NCBI GenBank assembly: GCA_964548855.1
Contig: CAZJSR010000002.1
Span: 28,702-92,701, forward strand
Length of the DNA stretch: 64,000 nt
Source: an uncultured Anaeroplasmataceae bacterium
Lineage (GTDB): Bacteria > Bacillota_I > Bacilli_A > Acholeplasmatales > Anaeroplasmataceae
Direction of reading: 5' to 3'
Position 1 is the stretch's first letter. Each line of letters begins with the position of its first letter. Below the pieces are notes generated by a model. The model made no database searches and had not been told where the DNA came from. It was given only the letters and a program-made list of their open reading frames with translations. Position numbers and translations under genes: made by a program. Positions 47,261-57,004 of the stretch are shown here, piece by piece.

Positions 47261-48016
47261 ATGAGTTGGGATTTTAATTTATATTTAAAATTTGCTGATG
47301 AAAGAAAACAACCTTGCGTTGATTTGTTATCGCAATTGAATGGAAAATATGATAGAATACTCGATTTAGGTTGTGGCCCAGGAAATAGTACGAATAATCT
47401 TTTTAATAAATTTGGTAATTGTGAAATAGTTGGTTTTGATTCAGATGAAAACATGCTTTCAAAGGCTCAAAAAGATTTACCTAATATTAAATTTATTAAA
47501 GGGTATGCTCCAGATGATTTTAATAAATTAGAAGGAAAATTCGATTTGGTATTTTCAAATGCTTGTATTCACTGGATTAAAGAACAAGAAAATTTAATTG
47601 ATGGAGTATATAATCTATTAAATGAAAATGGAGTTTTTGCGGTTCAAATTCCTCTTACTGATGAATCACAGTTTTATAATATATTATATGATGTTATAGA
47701 TGAAAAGTGGCCTAAACTTAAAGTAATAAAGAATTTTTATAATTTAGATCAACATGGATATTATAATAATCTAAAAAAGAGATTTAATAATGTGAAAATT
47801 TGGAAAACTGATTATTATCATATAATAGATAAAAATTTGGTTCTTGAGTGGTATAAAGGTAGTGGACTTCGTCCTTATCTTGAATTGTTAGATGCAAATG
47901 AAAAGGAATTATTTTTAAATGATTTACAAGATGTAATTAATAAAAAATATCAATTACTTGATGATGGAAATGTCTTTTTAATAATGCCTAGATTATTCTT
48001 TATCGCAAAAAAATAA
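47261..48016 (+). CDS. Class I SAM-dependent methyltransferase, trans-aconitate methyltransferase (Tam)-like
   Basis: WDFNLYLKFADERKQPCVDLLSQL plus the SAM motif I ILDLGCGPGNST resemble the Tam N-terminus. Starts 15 nt after trpB with a GGAGGA Shine-Dalgarno. Confidence 0.65.
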   Translation: MSWDFNLYLKFADERKQPCVDLLSQLNGKYDRILDLGCGPGNSTNNLFNKFGNCEIVGFDSDENMLSKAQKDLPNIKFIKGYAPDDFNKLEGKFDLVFSNACIHWIKEQENLIDGVYNLLNENGVFAVQIPLTDESQFYNILYDVIDEKWPKLKVIKNFYNLDQHGYYNNLKKRFNNVKIWKTDYYHIIDKNLVLEWYKGSGLRPYLELLDANEKELFLNDLQDVINKKYQLLDDGNVFLIMPRLFFIAKK

Positions 48017-48033
48017 ATTAATAATTTCTATGT

Positions 48034-48084
48034 AAAAAAAAGGAAGATAGTCATTAAATTTAATTAATGATTTTCTTCCTTTTT
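48034..48084. terminator. Bidirectional terminator between the methyltransferase gene and the convergent EAL gene
   Basis: An A-run precedes AGGAAGA...TCATTAA-ATTTAA-TTAATGA...TCTTCCT, which is followed by a T-run. Confidence 0.7.
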
Positions 48085-48087
48085 ATA

Positions 48088-50013
48088 TTATTTATCTTTT
48101 TTGTTTTCTTTAATAAATTTAATGAAGTCATCTAATTTTATTGGTTTAGAGTAATAGAATCCTTGTATATACTCACATCCAAGTTTTTTAAAGAAATTCA
48201 CTTCACTTACATCTTCTATACCTTCTACTAATACTTTAATATTAGATATATTAAACATAGATATAGTTTTTTCTACTATTGGTTTCATTTTAATGTTGTT
48301 TATTTCTTTGACAAACGATTTGTCTATTTTAACTAAATTAATAGGTAATGACAAAACATGTCTTATATTTGAATATCCTGTACCATAATCATCAAGAGAG
48401 AATGAAAAGCCAAATTCTTTTAATTCATAAATATTTTTATACGCTATATCATCATCACTTAATGAATAAGTTTCAGTTATTTCAAGATTAATATATTTTG
48501 GATCAATATTGTAAAATTTAGTAATGCTAATAATATTTTTAGCAAAATTAATATCCATCAATTGTTTTGGTGAAACGTTGATTTCAATATATTTTAATCC
48601 AAGTGTTTCAAAATCAGAAGATTTAATAAACTCACAAACACATCTAAATACAAGCTCTCCTATTTTTAATATATCTCCGTTTTCTTCACAAACTGGAATA
48701 AATAATGTTGGAGAATAGTATTTATTGTTATCTCCCTTTAATCTAATTAATGCTTCAGCTGATTCAAATTTGTTATTACTTGTATTAATGATGGGTTGAT
48801 AAAAAACCTCAAATCTATTATTTTTGAATCCTTCATCTATTAGTTTTGGCATTTTTGATAATAAATCAAATTTTTCTCTTGTATTTTTTTCAATATCTTT
48901 ATAATATACGTAATTACTATTTGAAAAATTTATACCTTTTAGATAACTGAATGTTATCATAAAATTATAGTCCGTTATATCTTTGTTACATAAGATGACA
49001 CATATATTAGTTTTAATAATAGAAGAAGGTATATCACTACAAATAGGTTTGCTATCAATTAAAATATTATAATGTTCAATAAAGGTAGATATTTTATCAT
49101 AATCATCATAATCAATAATAATTGAGTATTTTCCATCATTGTTATAGTAAATATCACCTTTTAGCTTTGTCATTTTTAGTATTTCTTTTAATTTTTTAGT
49201 ATATTGTCTTTTTATTTTAATAAGTTCATCTATAGTTACGATATTTGTTATACGGTTATAGTCTTTCATCCATAAAATTATAGTAGGGAACACTCTTTTG
49301 TAAGAAAAATCAATAACTAAATCATGAGTATATGCATAATTTTTCTTACAGTTTGTTTGTACATCAATTCGTTCTTCTGGATTTTCAATTATGATTATTA
49401 AAAATAAAGAAGTAATTGCGACTCCAAACATTTCTATATATATTGTTTTAATAGAGGATTGTAATACTATAGTTATGGTAACTATTAAAATATTTATGAT
49501 TGTTACAACTGTTTTTTCGTTAGTATAATGTCGTCTTAATATAACTAGTAAGGTTAATATTAAGATAAAATATGAGAATGTAGAAATACCTAATAATATA
49601 AACCAATTTCCTGTAACTAAAATATTTGATTCTATTGAAAACATAAATTTAGTAAATAAATTAATTATAATAGAAATAATGAAGATAGAGTATGGAAGAA
49701 AATATAAGATAGAAAAACATTTATTTTTCTTAAGTACCCAATCTATTCTTAATGTTTTCATTATGTAATATACATAGTACAAGATAATGAAATTTCTAAT
49801 AATAAGGTATATACTGGTGATTATTAAAGAAGTTGTATTAGATAAATTTGGATTACTTGCGAGGATGTTTAAAATGGCCCCTATAATTCCTAAAACCGCT
49901 ATTTGTATTACTATTATAGTGGTATCAAGAACATACAATTTCTTATAAAAAATCGAGAATATTACTAACATAAACAGCAAGATTGCGACAATTTCACCAT
50001 AAAAATTATACAT
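48088..50013 (-). CDS. Polytopic membrane protein with degenerate GGDEF-like middle domain and intact EAL (c-di-GMP phosphodiesterase) domain
   Basis: About 6-7 N-terminal TMs. EAL motifs: FEVFYQPII, ESAEALIRL, NLEITE, SLDDYGTGYSN, KIDKSF, VLVEGIED, IQGFYYSKP. The middle domain reads YNNDGKYSIII where RxGGDEF would be expected. Confidence 0.8.
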   Translation of the reverse strand: MYNFYGEIVAILLFMLVIFSIFYKKLYVLDTTIIVIQIAVLGIIGAILNILASNPNLSNTTSLIITSIYLIIRNFIILYYVYYIMKTLRIDWVLKKNKCFSILYFLPYSIFIISIIINLFTKFMFSIESNILVTGNWFILLGISTFSYFILILTLLVILRRHYTNEKTVVTIINILIVTITIVLQSSIKTIYIEMFGVAITSLFLIIIIENPEERIDVQTNCKKNYAYTHDLVIDFSYKRVFPTIILWMKDYNRITNIVTIDELIKIKRQYTKKLKEILKMTKLKGDIYYNNDGKYSIIIDYDDYDKISTFIEHYNILIDSKPICSDIPSSIIKTNICVILCNKDITDYNFMITFSYLKGINFSNSNYVYYKDIEKNTREKFDLLSKMPKLIDEGFKNNRFEVFYQPIINTSNNKFESAEALIRLKGDNNKYYSPTLFIPVCEENGDILKIGELVFRCVCEFIKSSDFETLGLKYIEINVSPKQLMDINFAKNIISITKFYNIDPKYINLEITETYSLSDDDIAYKNIYELKEFGFSFSLDDYGTGYSNIRHVLSLPINLVKIDKSFVKEINNIKMKPIVEKTISMFNISNIKVLVEGIEDVSEVNFFKKLGCEYIQGFYYSKPIKLDDFIKFIKENKKDK

Positions 50014-50135
50014 AATCTCACCACCTTTATTGTTGGTTTATATATTTATAATAACATATTATTTAATTTTATTAAATAGTTTTCATTTAATAACTATCTG
50101 TGATAAAATTAATTGTATGAATTAGGAGAATGATT

Positions 50136-51878
50136 ATGGTAATAACATTAGATAACGCATCATTTAAATATTTAGATAAACCGATATTAGATAAAGTATC
50201 AATAAGTTTTGATGATACTAAACATGTTGGAGTTGTTGGAGTAAATGGTACAGGGAAATCCACACTTTTAAAAATTTTAGTTGGCTTAGAAAAATTAAAT
50301 AGTGGAACTATTACTAAATCAGGGAACATGATTATTTCATATTTAGAACAAAATCCCGTCTTTAAAGACAATCAAACTATAATGGATGTAATAAAAGAAT
50401 ATGATGATAAAAATCATAAAATAAATGAATATGAATATAAAAGTATCTTAAATAAAATGAAACTATTTAATCATGATGCTATAACTAATAATTTATCAGG
50501 TGGAGAAAAGAAAAGATTAGCTCTAGCGATTGCGCTTGTAAAATATTGTGATGTTTTAATATTAGATGAACCAACTAACCATTTAGATAACGATATGATA
50601 CTTTTTTTAGAAAAGTACCTACAACGATTTAAAAAAGGACTTATTATGGTTACTCACGATAGATATTTTTTAGAAAGAGTATGTAATAAGATGATTGAAT
50701 TAGATGATGGACATTTATATTCATATGATGCGAATTATTCTAAATTTCTTACCCTAAAACAAGAAAGACTTGAAGCTTTAATTCATAGTGAACAAAAGTG
50801 GAAAAGCCTATATAAACATGAACTTCAATGGATGAGAAGAGGTGCACAGGCTAGAAGTACAAAACAAAAGAAGAGAATTGAAAGATTTCAAGAATTAGAA
50901 AAAGTAGAATTTTCTAAAACAAACACTTTAGAGATAAGTAGTGTAGAAACGCGTCTTGGTAAGAAACTTATTGAAATATATAATGGAAAAAAAGAATTTG
51001 ATAATAAACTATTATTTGAAAATTTTAATTTTATGTTAGGAAAATCTGATATAGTAGGTATTGTTGGAGATAATGGATGTGGAAAATCCACATTATTTAA
51101 AATACTTAATCAAGAAGAAAATTTAACAGAGGGTAGAATAGAATTTGGAACTACTCTTAAAATTGGGTATTTTTCTCAACATATGGAAAACATTGATCCA
51201 TCTTTAAGCGCAATTGATTATATAAAGGATAAACAAGAGTTAATTGAAACGATTGATGGTACAATTAGCGCAAAAGAATTGTTAGATAGGTTTAATTTTG
51301 ATTCTGACTTGAAATATACTAAAGTAAAAATGTTATCAGGTGGAGAAAAAAGAAGACTTCAACTTATTAGTGTACTTATGACAAATCCTAATGTGTTAAT
51401 ATTAGATGAGCCAACTAATGATTTGGATATAGATACACTTGAAGCATTAGAGGATTATTTATTAGATTTTAAAGGTCCTGTTTTAGTAGTAAGTCATGAT
51501 AGATATTTTTTAGATAAAATATGTAATAGACTTTTAGTGTTTGAAAATTCTATGATTAATGAATATATGATGAATTTTTCCGAATATTTAGAATTGGATA
51601 AAAAAATAGAAAAACAAACTAAAAGTAATAAGTCTTATGAAAAAGTAAGAATAGGACTTACTTCTAAAGAAAAGAATGAATTAGAATCTTTACCAGGAAT
51701 AATTGAAAAACTAGAAAATGATATAAAAGAATTAAAAAACAAAGAAAAAGAGAATTATACTAATTATCATGAATTACTAAAAATCTCTAATGAAATATCT
51801 GAAATTAATAGAAACATAGACGAAAAAACTGAAAGATATTTCTATTTGTTAGAACTTAAAGAGAGTTATAAGATATGA
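50136..51878 (+). CDS. ABC-F family ATPase (two NBDs, C-terminal coiled-coil; Uup-like)
   Basis: NBD1 has GVNGTGKST, LSGGEKKRL and LILDEPTNHLD. NBD2 has GDNGCGKST, LSGGEKRRL and LILDEPTNDLD. No TM segments. ATG 50136 has better spacing from the AGGAGA Shine-Dalgarno than 50130. Confidence 0.85.
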   Translation: MVITLDNASFKYLDKPILDKVSISFDDTKHVGVVGVNGTGKSTLLKILVGLEKLNSGTITKSGNMIISYLEQNPVFKDNQTIMDVIKEYDDKNHKINEYEYKSILNKMKLFNHDAITNNLSGGEKKRLALAIALVKYCDVLILDEPTNHLDNDMILFLEKYLQRFKKGLIMVTHDRYFLERVCNKMIELDDGHLYSYDANYSKFLTLKQERLEALIHSEQKWKSLYKHELQWMRRGAQARSTKQKKRIERFQELEKVEFSKTNTLEISSVETRLGKKLIEIYNGKKEFDNKLLFENFNFMLGKSDIVGIVGDNGCGKSTLFKILNQEENLTEGRIEFGTTLKIGYFSQHMENIDPSLSAIDYIKDKQELIETIDGTISAKELLDRFNFDSDLKYTKVKMLSGGEKRRLQLISVLMTNPNVLILDEPTNDLDIDTLEALEDYLLDFKGPVLVVSHDRYFLDKICNRLLVFENSMINEYMMNFSEYLELDKKIEKQTKSNKSYEKVRIGLTSKEKNELESLPGIIEKLENDIKELKNKEKENYTNYHELLKISNEISEINRNIDEKTERYFYLLELKESYKI

Positions 51879-52549
51879 AGTCATTAAATATAAAAAGTAA
51901 TAATGGAAATTATGAAATAGTAACTAGTGAAATAAATACTAAAGAAATTGGGTATATTATAATTAATAGTGGGGATAACTTTACAGTTTTAGAAGCTATT
52001 GATTTAATGAAAAAATATAATCCTAAAAAAATATATATTACATATAATTGTAATATTGAAAATGATTATCCATATAGTTTTAGTGTTTATGAATATGAAT
52101 ATAAATATATACTTACAAAATCATATAAGGATATTAAGTTAGTTTTAGTCGATTTAAATAATAGAAATGAATTATTAGATATGATTAATTCTAATACAAG
52201 AGATATATTAAGTACATACACTCTTGATAATTATGATATAATGGATATGGTACATAACAAAAATACATATTATTTCATATATAAAAAAGAATATATTGGA
52301 TGCGCTAGTATAAATGGTGATTTAATAGATTATTTTATTATAAAAAAACAATTTAGAAATCAAGGATTAGGTAGTATGTGTTTATCTAAGTTATTGTATA
52401 AACTAAATAAGGATACTAAAGTATTATTATCTAGTGATAATAAAGAAGGAATTAGTTTTTTTGAAAAAAATGCATTTATTAAGACGAAAATAGTAAATGA
52501 TTGGTATGAGGTATTAGATGAAAAGAAGGATAACAAAAGAAGAATATGA
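51875..52549 (+). CDS. GNAT-family N-acetyltransferase with uncharacterised N-terminal half
   Basis: Acetyl-CoA-binding motif in KKQFRNQGLGSMCLSKLL. 4-nt overlap with the ABC-F gene. Confidence 0.55.
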   Translation: MKSLNIKSNNGNYEIVTSEINTKEIGYIIINSGDNFTVLEAIDLMKKYNPKKIYITYNCNIENDYPYSFSVYEYEYKYILTKSYKDIKLVLVDLNNRNELLDMINSNTRDILSTYTLDNYDIMDMVHNKNTYYFIYKKEYIGCASINGDLIDYFIIKKQFRNQGLGSMCLSKLLYKLNKDTKVLLSSDNKEGISFFEKNAFIKTKIVNDWYEVLDEKKDNKRRI

Positions 52550-52835
52550 AAATGCCGTAAGGATACGTGCTAAAATCGCTAATATAGTTAATATATCACT
52601 TACATTAATATCGATTGTTGTAATACTTGTATCGGTGTTTTTAGCGATGTTTAATGTCATGTCCTATACAGTTATGGGAGTAATTGTACCACTTGCGTTA
52701 ATAGTTTATCTAGCAATGGGAGTTATATCTCAAAAAAATGATTCTAGAAAGTCAGTAATGATTGTCTATATTGTTTTAATAAGTATTTGTGCAATTGTCT
52801 TTTTTGTAGACTTTGTATATTTATTAATTAGCTAA
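52518..52835 (+). CDS. Small 3-TM membrane protein
   Basis: GAGGT Shine-Dalgarno and three hydrophobic helices. Overlaps the GNAT gene 3' end by 32 nt. Confidence 0.45.
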   Translation: MKRRITKEEYENAVRIRAKIANIVNISLTLISIVVILVSVFLAMFNVMSYTVMGVIVPLALIVYLAMGVISQKNDSRKSVMIVYIVLISICAIVFFVDFVYLLIS

Positions 52836-52857
52836 TCCAAGATAATCTTGGATTTTT
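52836..52857 (+). terminator. Rho-independent terminator
   Basis: TCCAAGA-TAA-TCTTGGA stem followed by TTTTT, immediately after the stop. Confidence 0.75.
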
Positions 52858-52876
52858 ATACGAGGAGAAGGTAAAT

Positions 52877-55744
52877 ATGTTTATTAAATTAGAAAGTAAA
52901 TTCATTGAAGAAATAAATAGTAATGTTACAGTTTATTCACATGATAAAACAAAAGCTCGTCTTTGTACTATTGAAAATGATGATCCAAACAAAGTATTTT
53001 CAATAGCTTTTAGAACGCCACCAATGGATAATACAGGACTTACACATATCCTTGAACATTCAGTATTATGTGGAAGTAAAAAATTCCCTTTAAAAGACCC
53101 TTTTGTTGAACTTCTTAAGGGATCTTTAAATACATTTTTAAATGCGTTTACATTTCCAGATAAAACAATGTATCCTGTCGCAAGTATGAATGATAAGGAT
53201 TTTAAAAACTTGATGCATGTATATTTAGACGCAGTATTTTATCCTAACATTTACAAACATGAAGAAATATTCAAACAAGAAGGGTGGCATTATCATTTAG
53301 AAAATAAAGATGATCCTATTACTTTAAATGGTGTTGTATATAATGAAATGAAAGGCGTTTTTTCAGATCCTGAACAAGTTTTAGGAAGATGTATTATGCA
53401 TTCTTTATATCCTAATATATCTTATGGATTAGAGTCAGGTGGAGATCCTAATTATATACCTGATTTAAGTTATGATAAATTTAAGGAATTTCATAAGAAA
53501 TATTATCATCCAAGTAATTCATATATATTCCTATATGGAAATTGTGATATGGAAGAAAGAATGAATTTTATTGAAAATGAATATTTAAATGATTTTACAT
53601 ATAATGATTTTGACACATCTATAAAGGTTGAGGAACCTTTTAGAAATGAGGTATATGAGGAATATCAATATCCAATTGATAGTGATACAGAAATAAATAA
53701 TAATTATTATTTGTCATATAATGTTTCAATTGGAAATACGTTAGATATTAAGAAATGTATAGCTCTTGATGTATTGACAGAAATCTTAATGTCAGCCGAA
53801 GGTGCACCTGTAAAAGAGGCGATACTTAATTTAAACATCTGTGAAGATATCGATGTTTTATATGAAAATGGTATTTATCAACCTTATTTAAGTATATGTT
53901 TAATAAAGAGTGATAAAGCACATTTAGAGACATTTAGAAATGTATTAGAAGATACTTTAAAAAATGTGAAAATTGATAAAGAAAGATTAAAGGCTTCTTT
54001 GAAATTTAGAGAATTTAAAGTAAGAGAAGCTAAATATGATGGTCCTAAGGGATTGTTATATCAAATGAATATGTTAGACAGTTGGCTATATAATGATAAT
54101 ATGCCATATCATAAATTATGTGTATTAGATTATTTTAAAGAGTTATATGATTTAATTGATACTAATTATTATTATGATTTAATTAATGAATGTATCTTAA
54201 ATAATAATCATAAGAGTATTGTAGTATTAACACCTTCAAAAACTTATAAGAAGGAACAAGATGATAAGCTTATTTTAAAACTTGAAAATTACAAGGCTTC
54301 TCTTAGTGAAGAAGAGATAGAGCGTTTAATAAAGGATACTGAAAATCTTAAGATATATCAAGATACTCCCGCAACTATTGAGGAGATTAATTCATTACCA
54401 AGATTAGAATTAGAGGATTTAAATCCAGAGCCTATTAAATTAAAATGTGAAAAAATTCATGAAAATTATGATATATATTTTAGTGATTATTTTACTAATA
54501 ACATTGGATATCTTGATTTAGTATTTGATATATCACAGTTTGATGATGAATTATTAAAGTATACTAGATTAGTATCGCAGTTATTAATGAAACTAGATAC
54601 CAAAAATAGAAGTTATACTGATATAGATAAGGATATTAAATTATATACTGGGGGTATTAATTTTTCATACAAAATATTTAATGATAACGATAATAAAACA
54701 AAAGTATTATTAAGTTTAAAATGTAGTATGTTAGATGATAACTTAGATAATTCTTTTGAATTAATTAATGATATATTATTTAACACAGTATTTGATGATA
54801 CAAAGAGAATTAATAATTTATTATTACAATTTAAGAGTTCCCTTGAAAGTTATGCTTCAGGCAGTGGTCATCAAGTGTCTTTAACTAGGGCGAAATCATA
54901 TATAAATGAACTTGATTATATTAAAGATATTACAGCAGGACTTGGATATATGGATTTTATATCTGACGTTGTTTTGAAATTTTCAACAAATAAAGATGAG
55001 ATAATAGAAAAACTAATGAATGCTTATAATGTTTTTAAAAATAAATCTTTATTTATGGTGTCTATAACTTCTTTAAAAAATCAATGTGATAATATAATAT
55101 GTAAGACAAATGAAATATATTCTTTATTAAATGATAACGAAATAAGATGTGAAAATAAAAGAACATTAAAACGTCTTAATGAAGGAATAAAGACTCAGTT
55201 TAATGTTAATTATGTATCTAGAGCGATAAGATTTAACAATGAATATAGTGGGGCTTTATTAGTTCTTAAAAACGCTATAAGCCTTGACTATTTATGGATG
55301 AATGTAAGAGTTAAGGGTGGAGCATATGGCGCAATGATTTCTATTACTAGTGATAATATGTTAGGTCTTACTAGCTATAGAGATCCAAATATTAAAAATA
55401 CAAATGAAATATATAATAATTTAGGAGATTATATTTTAAATTTAGATATTACTGATGAGGATATGCTTAAATATAAAATAGGAGCAATAGGAGCATTAGA
55501 TGATTCAATGCATGTCTCTACAATGGGAGAACTCGCATTTTTAGAATATATTTGTAATAGAGGGTATGAATATAAAAGAAAAATAAGAAAAGAAATTATA
55601 AATGCCACATTAGAAGAACTTAAGTCTTATGGAGAAGATATTAAACGTGCTTTAAGTGAGATGAATATTTGTGTTATTGGATTTGATGGTCTTATAGATG
55701 AGAATAAGGAGTTATTTAATAATATAAGAAAATTAATGAAATAA
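52877..55744 (+). CDS. M16C-family (PreP/insulinase-like) zinc metallopeptidase
   Basis: Inverted zincin motif HILEHSVLCGS (HxxEH) with the downstream Glu region in YNEMKG. The 955-aa four-domain size is typical of M16C. Confidence 0.85.
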   Translation: MFIKLESKFIEEINSNVTVYSHDKTKARLCTIENDDPNKVFSIAFRTPPMDNTGLTHILEHSVLCGSKKFPLKDPFVELLKGSLNTFLNAFTFPDKTMYPVASMNDKDFKNLMHVYLDAVFYPNIYKHEEIFKQEGWHYHLENKDDPITLNGVVYNEMKGVFSDPEQVLGRCIMHSLYPNISYGLESGGDPNYIPDLSYDKFKEFHKKYYHPSNSYIFLYGNCDMEERMNFIENEYLNDFTYNDFDTSIKVEEPFRNEVYEEYQYPIDSDTEINNNYYLSYNVSIGNTLDIKKCIALDVLTEILMSAEGAPVKEAILNLNICEDIDVLYENGIYQPYLSICLIKSDKAHLETFRNVLEDTLKNVKIDKERLKASLKFREFKVREAKYDGPKGLLYQMNMLDSWLYNDNMPYHKLCVLDYFKELYDLIDTNYYYDLINECILNNNHKSIVVLTPSKTYKKEQDDKLILKLENYKASLSEEEIERLIKDTENLKIYQDTPATIEEINSLPRLELEDLNPEPIKLKCEKIHENYDIYFSDYFTNNIGYLDLVFDISQFDDELLKYTRLVSQLLMKLDTKNRSYTDIDKDIKLYTGGINFSYKIFNDNDNKTKVLLSLKCSMLDDNLDNSFELINDILFNTVFDDTKRINNLLLQFKSSLESYASGSGHQVSLTRAKSYINELDYIKDITAGLGYMDFISDVVLKFSTNKDEIIEKLMNAYNVFKNKSLFMVSITSLKNQCDNIICKTNEIYSLLNDNEIRCENKRTLKRLNEGIKTQFNVNYVSRAIRFNNEYSGALLVLKNAISLDYLWMNVRVKGGAYGAMISITSDNMLGLTSYRDPNIKNTNEIYNNLGDYILNLDITDEDMLKYKIGAIGALDDSMHVSTMGELAFLEYICNRGYEYKRKIRKEIINATLEELKSYGEDIKRALSEMNICVIGFDGLIDENKELFNNIRKLMK

Positions 55745-55757
55745 TATAAACTAATGA

Positions 55758-55792
55758 AAAGAGATGCATATTTTATTGTTATCTCTTTTTTA
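55758..55792 (+). terminator. Rho-independent terminator of the M16C gene
   Basis: AAAGAGAT...ATCTCTTT stem (15-nt loop) followed by a T-run. Confidence 0.55.
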
Positions 55793-55906
55793 TTTAAATG
55801 AGTTTATAATAATCTTGTAAAAAAATATGTATAAAATACATATTTAAATGTGATATACTAATAAATGAAGATGATAATTATTTTCGCTTTAAGAAAGGGT
55901 GATAAT

Positions 55907-56272
55907 ATGAGAATTGCGTTAATTGCTCATGATAAAAAGAAATCAGAAATTATTAAACTAGCAATAAAGTATAAGGACTTTTTTGAGAAACATGAATTAT
56001 ATGCGACAGGCACAACAGGTACGCTTATAATGGGAGAAACAGGATTAAATATTATTAGAATGAAGTCAGGACCACTTGGTGGCGATCAACAAATTGGAGC
56101 GATGGTTGCGGAGGGGAAAATTGATTTAATATTATTTTTAAGAGATCCTCTAACGGCTCAACCTCATGAACCTGATGTATCAGCACTTTTAAGATTATGT
56201 GATGTACAAAATATACCTCTTGCGACAAATTATAATAGTGCTGAAGCTATGATTAAAGCTTTTAATATGTAG
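55907..56272 (+). CDS. mgsA: Methylglyoxal synthase
   Basis: Motifs [31 protein letters not shown] and [19 protein letters not shown] Shine-Dalgarno before ATG 55907, so the 55865 extension is rejected. Confidence 0.9.
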   Translation: MRIALIAHDKKKSEIIKLAIKYKDFFEKHELYATGTTGTLIMGETGLNIIRMKSGPLGGDQQIGAMVAEGKIDLILFLRDPLTAQPHEPDVSALLRLCDVQNIPLATNYNSAEAMIKAFNM

Positions 56273-56274
56273 GA

Positions 56275-56304
56275 ATATGCAGATTAATTTCTGCATATTT
56301 TTTT
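56275..56304 (+). terminator. Rho-independent terminator of mgsA
   Basis: ATATGCAG-ATTAATTT-CTGCATAT stem followed by a 7-nt T-run. It occupies the first 30 nt of ORF-track ORF 56277. Confidence 0.7.
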
Positions 56305-56306
56305 AT

Positions 56307-56948
56307 ATGAGAAAGATATATATTATATTTAATTTATTGGTTTTTATTTTGTGTTATTTTTTAGTTAAAGATGTTAACTCGTTAGAGTTTAGTTGCATTT
56401 ATATAGATCCAGGTCATGGCGGGATTGATGGTGGTGCATACAATGATGATATATTAGAGAAAGATTTGAATTTGGAAGTTTCTTTAAAGTTAAGAGATAT
56501 TTTTGTTAAGGAAGGATATAATGTTATTCTTACAAGGGACAAAGATTGTTCTCTTGGTAATAATAAGAGATCAGATTTAATAGAAAGAGCGAATATGATA
56601 AATGAAAGTAACGCATTGCTTTTTATAAGTATTCATATGAATAAATACAGTGATTCAAAATATAAAGGCGCACAGGTGTTTTATAGTAATGTTAATGAAA
56701 TGAATAAAAGTGCGGCTTATTTGATACAAGAAAGAATTAAGAAGAATTTAAAAAATACAACTAGAAATGAAAAAGAAATAAAGGGGATATATTTATTAGA
56801 TAATGTAAAAACGCCAGGTGTATTAGTTGAATGTGGTTTCTTATCTAATTATGAGGAAAGGATTAATTTATGTAATCCTAACTATCAGGGTGTTCTTGCA
56901 AGATGTATTTATTTAGGATGTAGGGATTTTTTAATTAAATATCAATAG
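56307..56948 (+). CDS. N-acetylmuramoyl-L-alanine amidase (Amidase_3, CwlD-like)
   Basis: Signal/TM MRKIYIIFNLLVFILCYFLV. Motifs IDPGHGGIDGGA, SIHMN and LVECGFLSN. The start is moved to 56307 because the upstream 30 nt form the mgsA terminator. No clear Shine-Dalgarno. Confidence 0.75.
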   Translation: MRKIYIIFNLLVFILCYFLVKDVNSLEFSCIYIDPGHGGIDGGAYNDDILEKDLNLEVSLKLRDIFVKEGYNVILTRDKDCSLGNNKRSDLIERANMINESNALLFISIHMNKYSDSKYKGAQVFYSNVNEMNKSAAYLIQERIKKNLKNTTRNEKEIKGIYLLDNVKTPGVLVECGFLSNYEERINLCNPNYQGVLARCIYLGCRDFLIKYQ

Positions 56949-56963
56949 GTTTATGTAGAAATG

Positions 56964-56972
56964 TGGTATAAT
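56964..56972 (+). promoter_or_regulatory. Extended -10 element (TGgTATAAT) upstream of tsaE
   Basis: Read directly, 33 nt upstream of the tsaE ATG. Confidence 0.45.
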
Positions 56973-57004
56973 ATCTTTGAATATTAGAAGAAAGGATTTT
57001 TAAT

